Part shown: positions 8,898 to 18,970 of the stretch, piece by piece | Numbering within the stretch: the first letter of the stretch is position 1 | Layout: the number at the start of each line of letters is the position of its first letter | IMG/VR virus record: IMGVR_UViG_3300020050_005616 | DNA: 64,000 nucleotides | Source: an uncultured virus (IMG/VR IMGVR_UViG_3300020050_005616) | Lineage: Duplodnaviria > Heunggongvirae > Uroviricota > Caudoviricetes | Reading direction: 5' to 3' (one strand) | Program-made: the position numbers and the translations under genes | The notes under the pieces: generated by a model | Database searches by the model: none | What the model saw: only the letters and a program-made list of their open reading frames with translations | Told to the model about the DNA's origin: nothing

Positions 8898-9869
8898 ATG
8901 ACAACATTAATAACATTGGTTATACCAGTTGGTGGGGACGCAGGCCCCTTCGATCTTTCTTCAAATGTAAATGTATATACTCCAGCATTTGCAGAAAATA
9001 TTCCTGCAAATGTTTTAACAGCTGGATATACAACATCTGCTGTTCCTGATGGAACAACTATAATTAGAGTGACCTCTACAGGTCTATGTAAAAATTATAT
9101 TGATATACCAGTTAGTTTGACACCTACCACTACAACTACAAGTACAGCTGTTCCTACAACTACTACTACTACTACTACTACTGCTATTCCTACAACAACA
9201 ACTACAAGTAGTTCTACAAGCACATCTACTAGTACTTCTACTAGTACTACCACTGCTACACCAACCACCACTACCAGTACAACTCAAGAACCTGGTGTTC
9301 TATGTACATGTTATACATTAGATTATACTCCACCACTATCAGGACAACCTACTGGTATAACAACTTATTCATATACTAATTGTGCTGGACAGGGAGTTGA
9401 TATAGATGTTTATGATTTATTTCCAGAAGATGTTTGTGCTCAAGAAGACACTATTACAAAAACCACTGGTGATGGTAATGGTGCTTATGAACCATCATTA
9501 GATGATTGTTGTGTACCAGGTGGTACAAATCAAATTAGGATTCAGAATCTTAATGCGGAAGCTTTGTCTGGTCCAGCTGTTACTGATGTAACAGTGAATG
9601 ATATTGGACTAATAATTAGTATTGGTAGTTTTCCAATATATGGAGGGCAAAGTGCTAGTGCACTTTATGGAGGTCCATACGCAGGGCTTTCTCAAATTAT
9701 AGTATCTCTTTCAGATGTAACAAGTGCTCCAGTGAAGCTTTTTTCAGATGGTATGCTTATGGCTTGTATTATAGGATCAACACCATTTGTACAATTTACA
9801 AACGTAGATTTATCACTAAGTCAAGACCTAATAATAACATTGGGCGTATCAGGTCAATCATGTACATAA
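8898..9869 (+). CDS. Decoration protein: 'GPF' anchor module, Thr/Ser stalk, Cys-rich domain and beta-rich C-terminal domain
   Basis: N-terminus paralogous to 4989 and 9890; long Thr/Ser tract. Confidence 0.65.
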   Translation: MTTLITLVIPVGGDAGPFDLSSNVNVYTPAFAENIPANVLTAGYTTSAVPDGTTIIRVTSTGLCKNYIDIPVSLTPTTTTTSTAVPTTTTTTTTTAIPTTTTTSSSTSTSTSTSTSTTTATPTTTTSTTQEPGVLCTCYTLDYTPPLSGQPTGITTYSYTNCAGQGVDIDVYDLFPEDVCAQEDTITKTTGDGNGAYEPSLDDCCVPGGTNQIRIQNLNAEALSGPAVTDVTVNDIGLIISIGSFPIYGGQSASALYGGPYAGLSQIIVSLSDVTSAPVKLFSDGMLMACIIGSTPFVQFTNVDLSLSQDLIITLGVSGQSCT

Positions 9870-9889
9870 AATAATTTAATTTAAAACTA

Positions 9890-10144
9890 ATGACAGTATT
9901 AATAACATTAACAGTTGCTGGGGCTGATTCAGGCCCCTTCTTCAACCTGTACTCAAATGCAGATGGATATATATCAGCATTTGAAACAGGAGTATCTAAA
10001 TCAGCATTACTTGCAGGATATCCTTCTGCACTAGTGTATGATTACACAACTATTATAAGGGTATTGTCTGTAGGAGAAGATTGTACAAACTATATTGATA
10101 TACCATTAACATCAATAACTACTACTACTACCACTACAATATAA
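9890..10144 (+). CDS. Stand-alone 'GPF' anchor module with poly-Thr tail
   Basis: MTVLITLTVAGADSGPF...FETGVSK..L.AGY matches the N-terminus of 4989. Confidence 0.7.
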   Translation: MTVLITLTVAGADSGPFFNLYSNADGYISAFETGVSKSALLAGYPSALVYDYTTIIRVLSVGEDCTNYIDIPLTSITTTTTTTI

Positions 10145-10179
10145 TAAAAAACTCTTGTTTTGTTGGTTTTACAAGGTTT

Positions 10180-10213
10180 CTCCTCAAGACTTTTCTTGGG
10201 GAGTTTTTGTTTT
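10180..10213 (+). terminator. Rho-independent terminator
   Basis: CTCCTCAAGA-CTTT-TCTTGGGGAG followed by TTTTTGTTTT. Confidence 0.75.
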
Positions 10214-10290
10214 ATAACTAATCTAGTTATAAAGAATTACAGCTCTAACTAAAATTATTTGGAATATATAAAAACTATTGTTTATCTTTA
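10213..10290 (+). promoter_or_regulatory. Bacteroidota-type promoter (-33 TTTG, -7 TATCTTTA) with an upstream palindrome
   Basis: TTTG at 10258, TATCTTTA at 10283 (21-nt spacer); palindrome TATAACTA-ATC-TAGTTATA at 10213-10231. Confidence 0.55.
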
Positions 10291-10317
10291 CAATATTTTT
10301 AACTAATATAGATACAT

Positions 10318-11529
10318 ATGTCTGAAAATCAAAGCTTGTTATATCAATTAGAAGAGTTACTAACGCAGAAGAAAAGTAAGAAATTCTATGCAGAGAAATT
10401 AGGAATAAGTGAATTTGAAGTGAATGAGCTCATGAGAGAGCTTAAAGAAAAAGATGATGATCCTGTAAAAAATTATACAGAAGAACGTAAAGTAAATATT
10501 GAAAAGGGAACTATAGAAAGTACAATAGTTACAGACTTTGATCCTAAAGATGATATAGCACTAGCTAAACTACACAAGATAAATTTAGATAAATACATCA
10601 TAACCAACTATTGGTCTAAGATGTTACCTAATGGAAGATTTACTTCCTCAATCTTTTCAAAAAGAAAAGAAGCAAAAGACTACTCTCCTGAAGACTTTGC
10701 TAAGTTTTTAGAAAACTACAAACCAAATAATATATCAATTACCAAGGTAGATCGTACTAATAGTAAAGACTATGTAGATGTAGAAATATCTATAGCTGAT
10801 TATCATTTAGCTAAAAGAACAGTAGATGGTGATAATGATCCATCAACCAGAGCTTTGAGATATTTTAATGTGGCTCAGTCTTTGATTAACAAAGTGGAGG
10901 CTAATTACAATGTAAACACTGTAGTGTTGCCTATATCAAATGATTTCTTTCATACTGATAACTATCAAAACCAAACTACACAAGGAACACCACAAGATAC
11001 AATAATGGAATATCATTCAGAATATGAATTAGGATTCTCTGTTCTTGTAGATACAATCAATATGTTGAGACAACATTCTAGCACTGTACAGGTAGTCCTT
11101 GTGCAAGGTAACCATGATAGAACTAAATCTTTTTATTTAGCCCATGCATTAGATGTATATTTCAAAAAAGATCTTGATGTAGAGTTTATAAGAGAACATT
11201 CAGTTATAAAAGGAATCACATTAGGAAATACATTTATTGGTTGGCACCATGGTAACTGTAAGTTAGAGGATCTTCCACTATTGTTTGCAACACATCCTAA
11301 ATACAGTCAAGCATTTGGTAATGCTAAATACAGAGAGGTGCATACAGGAGATAAACATCACTACATGGCTAAAGAAGTCAAAGGTGTAAGAATACAACAA
11401 ATGCCTAGCTTATCTGGAACAGATAGATGGCACTTAGATAATAACTTCGTACATTCAGTACGTGCAGCTCTTGCTCTAGTTTATGATTATGAACTAGGTA
11501 AAATAGCAGAGTTTGAAACTCGAATATAA
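10318..11529 (+). CDS. Calcineurin-like metallophosphoesterase with N-terminal HTH-like region
   Basis: Motifs DYH, ND.FH, GNHD, HHG and HTGDKHH. Confidence 0.7.
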   Translation: MSENQSLLYQLEELLTQKKSKKFYAEKLGISEFEVNELMRELKEKDDDPVKNYTEERKVNIEKGTIESTIVTDFDPKDDIALAKLHKINLDKYIITNYWSKMLPNGRFTSSIFSKRKEAKDYSPEDFAKFLENYKPNNISITKVDRTNSKDYVDVEISIADYHLAKRTVDGDNDPSTRALRYFNVAQSLINKVEANYNVNTVVLPISNDFFHTDNYQNQTTQGTPQDTIMEYHSEYELGFSVLVDTINMLRQHSSTVQVVLVQGNHDRTKSFYLAHALDVYFKKDLDVEFIREHSVIKGITLGNTFIGWHHGNCKLEDLPLLFATHPKYSQAFGNAKYREVHTGDKHHYMAKEVKGVRIQQMPSLSGTDRWHLDNNFVHSVRAALALVYDYELGKIAEFETRI

Positions 11530-11531
11530 TT

Positions 11532-12260
11532 ATGGCAACATTAAGAAAATTAGTCAGTGATGTTAGAAGTGTCCACAAGATACTTTCTACAGATAGTCTT
11601 ATTACAGATAGAGCAATTGCTTCTGAGATAAGAAATAACTCTTTGTTATTAATCAAGAGAGAAACCAATCTTAGAAAGCTATGGGCTACTGATACATTAT
11701 TTACCACTATCCCTTGTTTAGAGATGATAGAGGTATCTATTTCTGAATGTTGTAACTATGTAGATCCTTGTTCTATAGCTAGAACTAAATTTAAACTCCC
11801 ACGTATATCTGAAGGAAACTATCAGTATGTTATACAAGGAGTTTATTCTATTAATGCTCTAAGTGGACAAGGAAAGAAATTAAAAGAAATATCTATCAAT
11901 AGATATCTAAATCTTTTAAAACTTCCTGTAATTAAAAAAGAAGAATATTTTTGGATTACTAATGGATATCTGTATGTGAACAATCCTTTACTTAGAGCCA
12001 TTAGATTTGTAGCATTCTTTGAAGAAGATGTTGATAACGATCTTATGTATCCTGAATGTGGATGTGGGACTCCAGAATATACTACTGATGAGATATGTAA
12101 GAATCCTTTAGATAAAGAGTTTGCTCTTCCTGGATACTTAGAACAACAAGTGTTGGAACTAACATCTAAGAAATTATTATCTACATATTTTAATATTAAA
12201 ACAGATACTAGTTCAGAAGGAATTGATGGACAAGCACCAAATTCAAAACCAACTAATTAA
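11532..12260 (+). CDS. Putative tail ring protein (crAss-like)
   Basis: 242 aa, placed directly before the IHF-like, ring and muzzle genes as in crAss-like phages. Confidence 0.55.
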   Translation: MATLRKLVSDVRSVHKILSTDSLITDRAIASEIRNNSLLLIKRETNLRKLWATDTLFTTIPCLEMIEVSISECCNYVDPCSIARTKFKLPRISEGNYQYVIQGVYSINALSGQGKKLKEISINRYLNLLKLPVIKKEEYFWITNGYLYVNNPLLRAIRFVAFFEEDVDNDLMYPECGCGTPEYTTDEICKNPLDKEFALPGYLEQQVLELTSKKLLSTYFNIKTDTSSEGIDGQAPNSKPTN

Positions 12261-12736
12261 TGAGAACAAAGGTTGATTGGAGATCTTCTAGTAAAGACAA
12301 CTATAATCATTTTTGCAAAAAACATCCATCTATAACACTTACTTATGATGAGTGGAGAAATATCATCTACACTTATAATGAACTATTCAAAGAGTATATA
12401 TTAGAAACAGGATATAAAGCAAAGTTGCCTTATGGATTTGGAGAGTTCTCTATCAACAAAAAGAAAAGAAGAAAATTAAAAGGTATAGATGGAAAAGAGT
12501 TTGTTAATCTACCAATCGATTGGCAAAAGACTAAAGAGAAAGGAAAAGTTATATATAACTTTAATTATCATACGGAAGGTTACTTTTTTGGTTGGATGTG
12601 GTTTAAGCAATCCGCAAGATTTAAAAATTCTGACCTTTGGTATTTCAAACCTTCTAGATTAACATCAAGACTATTATCACATTACTTGAAAACCAGCGAC
12701 AAGTATCAACACATTTACAACGAATGGAAAAAATAA
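12260..12736 (+). CDS. IHF/HU-like DNA-binding protein (crAss-type)
   Basis: Basic protein with KLPYGFGEFSI.K, IDWQKT and FKPSR...R.L motifs. Confidence 0.65.
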   Translation: MRTKVDWRSSSKDNYNHFCKKHPSITLTYDEWRNIIYTYNELFKEYILETGYKAKLPYGFGEFSINKKKRRKLKGIDGKEFVNLPIDWQKTKEKGKVIYNFNYHTEGYFFGWMWFKQSARFKNSDLWYFKPSRLTSRLLSHYLKTSDKYQHIYNEWKK

Positions 12737-12739
12737 ATT

Positions 12740-13714
12740 ATGTCGTACTATTATAAATATGCTTTTATAAGCCCAGAACCTGTCTACTCAACTGTTAAAG
12801 AAGAATTAAAATCTTATTTTGATACAGGTGCTGTGGACGATTTGTTATTCCCTACTTACTTAGATAAAGCTCTAAAGAAGTTAGGTAGAACAACCTATGT
12901 AATTACTGATGAGGTATTGTTTGTTGAAGACTTTCAAGCTAGACTTCCTGATAATTTTTATGCTGTTAGAGAAGCTTGGATGACTACAGAGGTAGCTAGT
13001 TATCCTTATCAATCAGCTAATTCATTCTATTCACAAGCAGCTAGTGCAACTACTATCCAAGTGGCTCCTTTAACTATTGGAGGAACTCCTTGTAACAAAC
13101 CTGGATGTCAAACTCCACAATGTGATGGTACCTGCATGCCTGTGCTAGTACAAGCTGTATATAAGACAAATAATAGTGTAGCTAGAGGATTTACTCATGA
13201 CTACTTACTTAAGCCTGGAAACATCTCTGCAAGACAAAATTGTGGAGTGGAATATACAAATAATTGGGAAATGTATTCAGAAGCTCCTCCTATTCATGAG
13301 TTCACACCTGGTTCTGCTAGTTATGATTCATTTGACATTAGAGATAATAAGTTTGTAACTAATTTTAGAAATGGTGTTGTACATTTAATATTTTATGCTA
13401 CAGAATATGATGAGATAGGTAATCAATTAATTCCTGATAATTATCGTATTAGAGAATATGTAGAAGCATTCCTTAAGTTCAAGATATTTGAAATTCTTAC
13501 AAATCAAACTAATGATGAAACTTTCAATCAGTTACAACAGAAGTTAATCTATCACAAGCAAGCATATGAAGAAGCTTTCATAATGGCTAGTATTGAGATT
13601 AAGAAACAAACCCCTTGGGAGAAACAAAGAAGGATCAAAAATGATCTTAATAGATTTAATATGTATGAACTTCCTAACCGCACAAATAGAGGTGGTAGAA
13701 GACGTAATAATTAA
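12740..13714 (+). CDS. Tail tubular / ring protein (P22 gp4-like, crAss ring 1)
   Basis: ARLP.NFY and G..HL..YA..YDE.G..LIPD motifs; lies between the IHF-like and muzzle genes. Confidence 0.65.
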   Translation: MSYYYKYAFISPEPVYSTVKEELKSYFDTGAVDDLLFPTYLDKALKKLGRTTYVITDEVLFVEDFQARLPDNFYAVREAWMTTEVASYPYQSANSFYSQAASATTIQVAPLTIGGTPCNKPGCQTPQCDGTCMPVLVQAVYKTNNSVARGFTHDYLLKPGNISARQNCGVEYTNNWEMYSEAPPIHEFTPGSASYDSFDIRDNKFVTNFRNGVVHLIFYATEYDEIGNQLIPDNYRIREYVEAFLKFKIFEILTNQTNDETFNQLQQKLIYHKQAYEEAFIMASIEIKKQTPWEKQRRIKNDLNRFNMYELPNRTNRGGRRRNN

Positions 13715-13719
13715 TAAGT

Positions 13720-16700
13720 ATGGCTGATCAAGAGGAAACAAAACCTGGAAATATTAGACAGGAGTTCAATAGTGCCAATATTGGGTTAAATATGGATCAA
13801 ACTTTGAACCAGATTAAACCTGGTACATTGACCTATGCATTAAATGCTGCCTTAGAAAACTTTGATTCCAGTTCTGTTAATTATCAAAATGAACAAGGTA
13901 ATGAACTATGTGTTACATTTCCTGAAGGATATATACTAATTGGTACCCATTTTATAAATGAACAAAACAAACATATATTCTATATAACTAATCCTGATAC
14001 AAATGGTAGTCAGATTGGATATATGGATAATAATGATTGTGTGTATCGTATATTAGTTAATGCATCATGTCTTAACTTTAGCATCAATCATCCTATACCT
14101 AAAACAGTACATAAGATTACAAATTGTACAACAGAGATATATTGGACAGATGGAATCAATCCAAGAAGATATTTAGATATTAATAATATTCCAAAACTAT
14201 TACAAACAGGAAGCACACTTTGTGATCCTATATATAGTGATGAGGTGGATTGTAATCAACTTAAATTACAACCAAACTTTAGTATTCCTCAAATTACTGT
14301 AACAGATATTACTACAGGAGGAGAACTTGTTGCTGGTACATATCAGTTTGCTGCTCAGTATTCTGATGCTTCTGGTAATCCATATACATCATATTACTCT
14401 GTTACCAATCCTACACCAATTGCAGATATTAGTATTACAACAGTTAATTTTAATTATACTGTTGGAAAATCTATTGTTATTAATATGACAGCATTAGATA
14501 CTACAGGACAATATCAATATTTCAATCTAGCTGTTATTAAAACAATTAATGGAATATCTTCTGTAGATTTAGTAGGAACATATTTTATTGAAGAAGCTAA
14601 TGATCAGATTACTTATACAGGTCAAAATAAAACTGATATAAGATTAAGCATCAATGATATATTTGAGAAGTTTCCTTATTATGATATAGCTCAAGATCTT
14701 ACCTCTGTACAAGATATTCTTGTATGGGATAACCTTACATCTATAAATAGAATTAACTATCAGGAGATCGCTTCTGGTATAAGTTTATTATGGGAAACAT
14801 ATAGAATCCCTGCCACTGAAAACTATGCAGATGAATTAAATGCTACAAACTTACGTGGGTATCTACGTGATGAGGTGTATGCATTTGAAATAGTATTCTT
14901 ATTGAAGAATGGAAAACAAACAGATGGATTTCATATTCCTGGAAGAGAAAAAGGTTTTGTTGAAAATACAAGTCCTAATATTATAGATACTGATCCAGAT
15001 TTTATTGGAGAACCAGAACCAGGTACAAACTATAGTCCTTATTGGAAAATCTATAATACAGCAAATGTTATTGGTACATCTCCAGATTATTCACCAGCTC
15101 TTACATACAAAGGATCATATCAATATGGAAACTTTGCGTATTGGGAATCTACAGATGAGTATCCTTGTAACATAGATGTATGGGGTGACCTTGCTGGTTT
15201 ACCAATTAGACATCACAAGTTCCCAGATATTCTTGTAAGTCCAGCATTTGAATCAAAATTATTTACTGGTCCTTCATCAATGGTGATGGGTAATGATGCT
15301 GTATTCCCTATTGGTGTTAGAGTGGATAATGATCAGATAAGAAATCTTATTTCTGCATCTCTATTAACTGCTGAACAGAAAGATGATATAGTAGGATATA
15401 AGATAGTGAGAGGAGATAGAGGAACAAATAAATCTATTGTAGCAAAAGGTATTCTTAGAAATGTAGGAGTGTATGATAGAGAAGGACAATCCTACTACTA
15501 TCCAAACTATCCATATAATGATCTTGATGTTGATCCATTTTTAAATGAGACGAATAATGCATGGACAGAGTTATGTGAACCATGGGATATTAATATCTTT
15601 GAATTTAATATGCCAGAAACTGGTACACCTACATATGTTGAATTTGAAATTACTAGTTGTAATACTGATAAACGTTCAAAAATAAAAATTTATGAACTAG
15701 GTAAGACTGTAGAATGTTCTATTACTAGACCTTTACCACTTGGTCCAGGACAATTTAATAAAATGAATACAAATAGAGGTGGTTTTGAAACACCTGCTGC
15801 TGGAATAGTAGCTAATGTATCTCCATCAAATTATGATGTGTGGTATGTTTATGTTGGTACCACTGATGTTGGAACTGGGAAACCTGGATATGAAGTGGGA
15901 TGGGAAGATACAGTAATGGGATTGTCAAAAGAATGGGTTCCTGGTGGTATTTTTGGTGGAGGATCATATTACTTAAATTGTATAAAAGGACTTCCGCCTG
16001 TTAATAATTCAGGGAATGGTAATGAAGAATTTCGTCTTCATGAAGAAATTAGAGTGGTTGCTTGTAAAGGAGAAACTCCACAAAAGGCAATAGTTAATTC
16101 TCATAGACAAATCTTTAATTCACCTGAAACATCTTTTGGACAACCTTTCTTAGGAGGTATTCTTAAGTTGGAGAATGTAATATTTGGTGGTGGAAAAGGA
16201 CACTTTGTTCAAGTTAACAGTAATGCAAAATATAAACTTCTTACAAAAGAGGCTCAAGAAGATGCTCTTAAAAGTTCACAGAATGTAGCAGCTATGAGTG
16301 TTGGATTTAATGTAACAGCAATGTTCACTGTATATCAAGCATATTTAACAATATATGTAAATGGTATTACAAGAAGAAACTATGCTCAATCATTTAACTC
16401 TATAGCTGATTATAACTATTCAGAATCTGTACCTAATAATCAAGGAGTTAAACAAAGAAATCTAGATATAAAAAGATATCTAATTCCTGGTGTACAATCA
16501 GTAGGAGATACATTTCCTATTAATAATTATAGAAGAGAATCTTCAGTTTATTTAAAAACAGTAGATTTTACAGAAGATGGTCTTACACCAGTTGCACCAT
16601 TACCATTTCCTAGTAATAGTCCTAACATGATTGTTGCAGGAAATCCTATAGTTACAGACTATTCAAGATTTACTATTGGAGATACATCATCATGTTCTTC

Positions 16701-18969
16701 TCCTGTTACAGAACAAGATTTACGTGTAGTTTCTTATTATGCATCATTAAAGAATCAGTTTGTAAATCAATGGGGACAAATGTATTCATATGAAACAATT
16801 GATACAGGATTCCAAACAGATATTTATTCATCAGGAACATCAATAGTTTTTGGTGGTGATACATTCATCTCTCGTTTTGCATTCAAAACAAAACTTCCTT
16901 TCTTTATAGATAATAGAGTTAATGCTCCTGATGATTCAGATATATTCTATGATGAGATTGGTAATATAGCCTATCCAAAATACTGGCACTCTGCTAGATC
17001 TATATTAGAAGATTATGTAGTACAAGCTGGTGGTACAGGTACTCTTACAAATATCATATCATATAAAGCTCACAAATTTGATTGTCCTAATAATCAACTT
17101 CCTGGGCCTCCAGATAATAATCCTAATAGAACATACTATGATGGATACTTCTATTTGTTTGCATATGGTGTGCCTAACTTCTATTGTGAGAGTTCTTACA
17201 ATACAGATCTTAGACAAGCATTTAATAATAAAGAAGGAGACTTCTGGCCACATGTAAGTACAAGTATTCCCGATGATTGGGTACAAGAAGATTATGTATC
17301 TATAGCAAATGACAATACATATACATATAATGTAACATTTTCTAAACAGAATAAAGAAAATACATTTACACATTTACCTCCAGATTGGACATCTCAATTA
17401 TGTTTTACATATTATCCATTTAGAGCTATTTATTCTGATTCACAAAATATTGATTCTGATAATAGAGTTAATAGTTGGTTAACATATAGAGCACTTTCAT
17501 ATTTTGATTTTCCTCAAAACTTTGGAGATCTTACATCATTAGATGGTATTCAAAACAAAGCTATATTAGCTAGATTTGAGAATAAGACATTGATGTATAA
17601 TAATCTTCTTACAATTGATACAAGTAATCCACAAGCTGCATATGTAGGTAATCCAACATTATTTAAAGGTGCCCCTCCTATTGACTTTGCTGAAACAGAT
17701 CTTGGATATGTAGGTAGTCAGAATAAGTTCTTGTTAAAGATACCACAAGGACAAATCACTGTAGATGCTAAGAGAGGACAAGTGTTTCTTATAGTTGGTA
17801 CACAGGTAGAAGATCTATCTGCATTTGGTTCTGGAATGAATAGATTCTTTACAGACCATTTAGCCTTTGAAATATTAAGATATTATCCAGATGTAGATAC
17901 AGATAACAATTTTACAGGTATAGGACTGCATGGTGTATATGATTCAAAGTTTGATAGAGTTATTATATCAAAACTTGATTATGTTCCATTAGATCCTAAT
18001 ATTAAATATGATTCTACAACTAGAGAATTCTATATTGAAAATACAATGAATGAGTTTACATTTAGAACACAAGTGTATTTGACAGATCCAGAATATTTCT
18101 GTAATAAGTCTTGGACACTTTCTTATAATGTAAATACTAAGAGCTGGATAAGCTTTCATAGCTATATTCCTAATTTCTACATAGCAGAGAATAATTTCTT
18201 CTATTCAGGAATCAATGGATGTTGTGATGATTTTGATTTAATTGCAGGAGAAATGATTCCTACACCTAGTTCAACTACAACAACATCAACTACATTTGCA
18301 CGTATAACAACTACTACCACTACATCAGCTCCTTTGGATTGTGATTTAGATGGAGAAGTAGTTATAACAGATTGTATATTAGAAGGAATAGGTGTAATTA
18401 CAGTTCCTCCAATTCCACCACCTTGCACAAGACCTATCACAGTGATACCATATGAATTAATTACAGGATACGATATATTAGATCCACCATCAAATGTTAT
18501 ATCAACAGGAAGTCAAATAGATGCATGTGCTGCTATAGCTTATGTAACAACTTACCCAGACTTTATATATACATCAATTAGTGGACAAGCATTTAATCTT
18601 TCATTATTACAAACAGTATACTTAGGCACTGGAACAGATTGTACATTTGTACCTGATGGTTGGTATTTCACAGATGAAAGTGCAAATACAACAACAAATG
18701 TATATCATATTGTATCAGGAGTAATTACAGAAATAGTACAATGTGTTGCTACAACAACTACCACTACTACAATGCCTTGTTATTCATTTACAGTGACTAA
18801 AACAACAGTGGGTATCGTAACAGTATCTTTTATTGATTGTTCAGGGAATCCAGCAACTAGAGATGTTGGGCTTCCAGAAGGAGGATTTTCAACACAAACA
18901 TTCTGTGCACGTAGTGTAACTACACCTACACCTACTGGAGTATCATTAACTAATAACGGACCTTGCTAA
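13720..18969 (+). CDS. Tail stabilisation / muzzle protein (P22 gp10-like), N-terminal portion, with appended Thr-linked Cys-rich domains
   Basis: GLNMD, YALNA, IYWTDG.NP.RY.DI, GGDTFI, GYVGSQ and SWTLSY...WISFHSYIP motifs of crAss-type stabilisation proteins. Confidence 0.75.
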   Translation: MADQEETKPGNIRQEFNSANIGLNMDQTLNQIKPGTLTYALNAALENFDSSSVNYQNEQGNELCVTFPEGYILIGTHFINEQNKHIFYITNPDTNGSQIGYMDNNDCVYRILVNASCLNFSINHPIPKTVHKITNCTTEIYWTDGINPRRYLDINNIPKLLQTGSTLCDPIYSDEVDCNQLKLQPNFSIPQITVTDITTGGELVAGTYQFAAQYSDASGNPYTSYYSVTNPTPIADISITTVNFNYTVGKSIVINMTALDTTGQYQYFNLAVIKTINGISSVDLVGTYFIEEANDQITYTGQNKTDIRLSINDIFEKFPYYDIAQDLTSVQDILVWDNLTSINRINYQEIASGISLLWETYRIPATENYADELNATNLRGYLRDEVYAFEIVFLLKNGKQTDGFHIPGREKGFVENTSPNIIDTDPDFIGEPEPGTNYSPYWKIYNTANVIGTSPDYSPALTYKGSYQYGNFAYWESTDEYPCNIDVWGDLAGLPIRHHKFPDILVSPAFESKLFTGPSSMVMGNDAVFPIGVRVDNDQIRNLISASLLTAEQKDDIVGYKIVRGDRGTNKSIVAKGILRNVGVYDREGQSYYYPNYPYNDLDVDPFLNETNNAWTELCEPWDINIFEFNMPETGTPTYVEFEITSCNTDKRSKIKIYELGKTVECSITRPLPLGPGQFNKMNTNRGGFETPAAGIVANVSPSNYDVWYVYVGTTDVGTGKPGYEVGWEDTVMGLSKEWVPGGIFGGGSYYLNCIKGLPPVNNSGNGNEEFRLHEEIRVVACKGETPQKAIVNSHRQIFNSPETSFGQPFLGGILKLENVIFGGGKGHFVQVNSNAKYKLLTKEAQEDALKSSQNVAAMSVGFNVTAMFTVYQAYLTIYVNGITRRNYAQSFNSIADYNYSESVPNNQGVKQRNLDIKRYLIPGVQSVGDTFPINNYRRESSVYLKTVDFTEDGLTPVAPLPFPSNSPNMIVAGNPIVTDYSRFTIGDTSSCSSPVTEQDLRVVSYYASLKNQFVNQWGQMYSYETIDTGFQTDIYSSGTSIVFGGDTFISRFAFKTKLPFFIDNRVNAPDDSDIFYDEIGNIAYPKYWHSARSILEDYVVQAGGTGTLTNIISYKAHKFDCPNNQLPGPPDNNPNRTYYDGYFYLFAYGVPNFYCESSYNTDLRQAFNNKEGDFWPHVSTSIPDDWVQEDYVSIANDNTYTYNVTFSKQNKENTFTHLPPDWTSQLCFTYYPFRAIYSDSQNIDSDNRVNSWLTYRALSYFDFPQNFGDLTSLDGIQNKAILARFENKTLMYNNLLTIDTSNPQAAYVGNPTLFKGAPPIDFAETDLGYVGSQNKFLLKIPQGQITVDAKRGQVFLIVGTQVEDLSAFGSGMNRFFTDHLAFEILRYYPDVDTDNNFTGIGLHGVYDSKFDRVIISKLDYVPLDPNIKYDSTTREFYIENTMNEFTFRTQVYLTDPEYFCNKSWTLSYNVNTKSWISFHSYIPNFYIAENNFFYSGINGCCDDFDLIAGEMIPTPSSTTTTSTTFARITTTTTTSAPLDCDLDGEVVITDCILEGIGVITVPPIPPPCTRPITVIPYELITGYDILDPPSNVISTGSQIDACAAIAYVTTYPDFIYTSISGQAFNLSLLQTVYLGTGTDCTFVPDGWYFTDESANTTTNVYHIVSGVITEIVQCVATTTTTTTMPCYSFTVTKTTVGIVTVSFIDCSGNPATRDVGLPEGGFSTQTFCARSVTTPTPTGVSLTNNGPC

Positions 18970-18970
18970 T

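Noticed and set aside
3013..9287. Minus-strand poly-Val or Cys/Ser ORFs (3013, 4179, 5132, 5193, 7600, 9084)
   Set aside because: Antisense shadows of Thr/Ser-codon tracts in real + strand genes.
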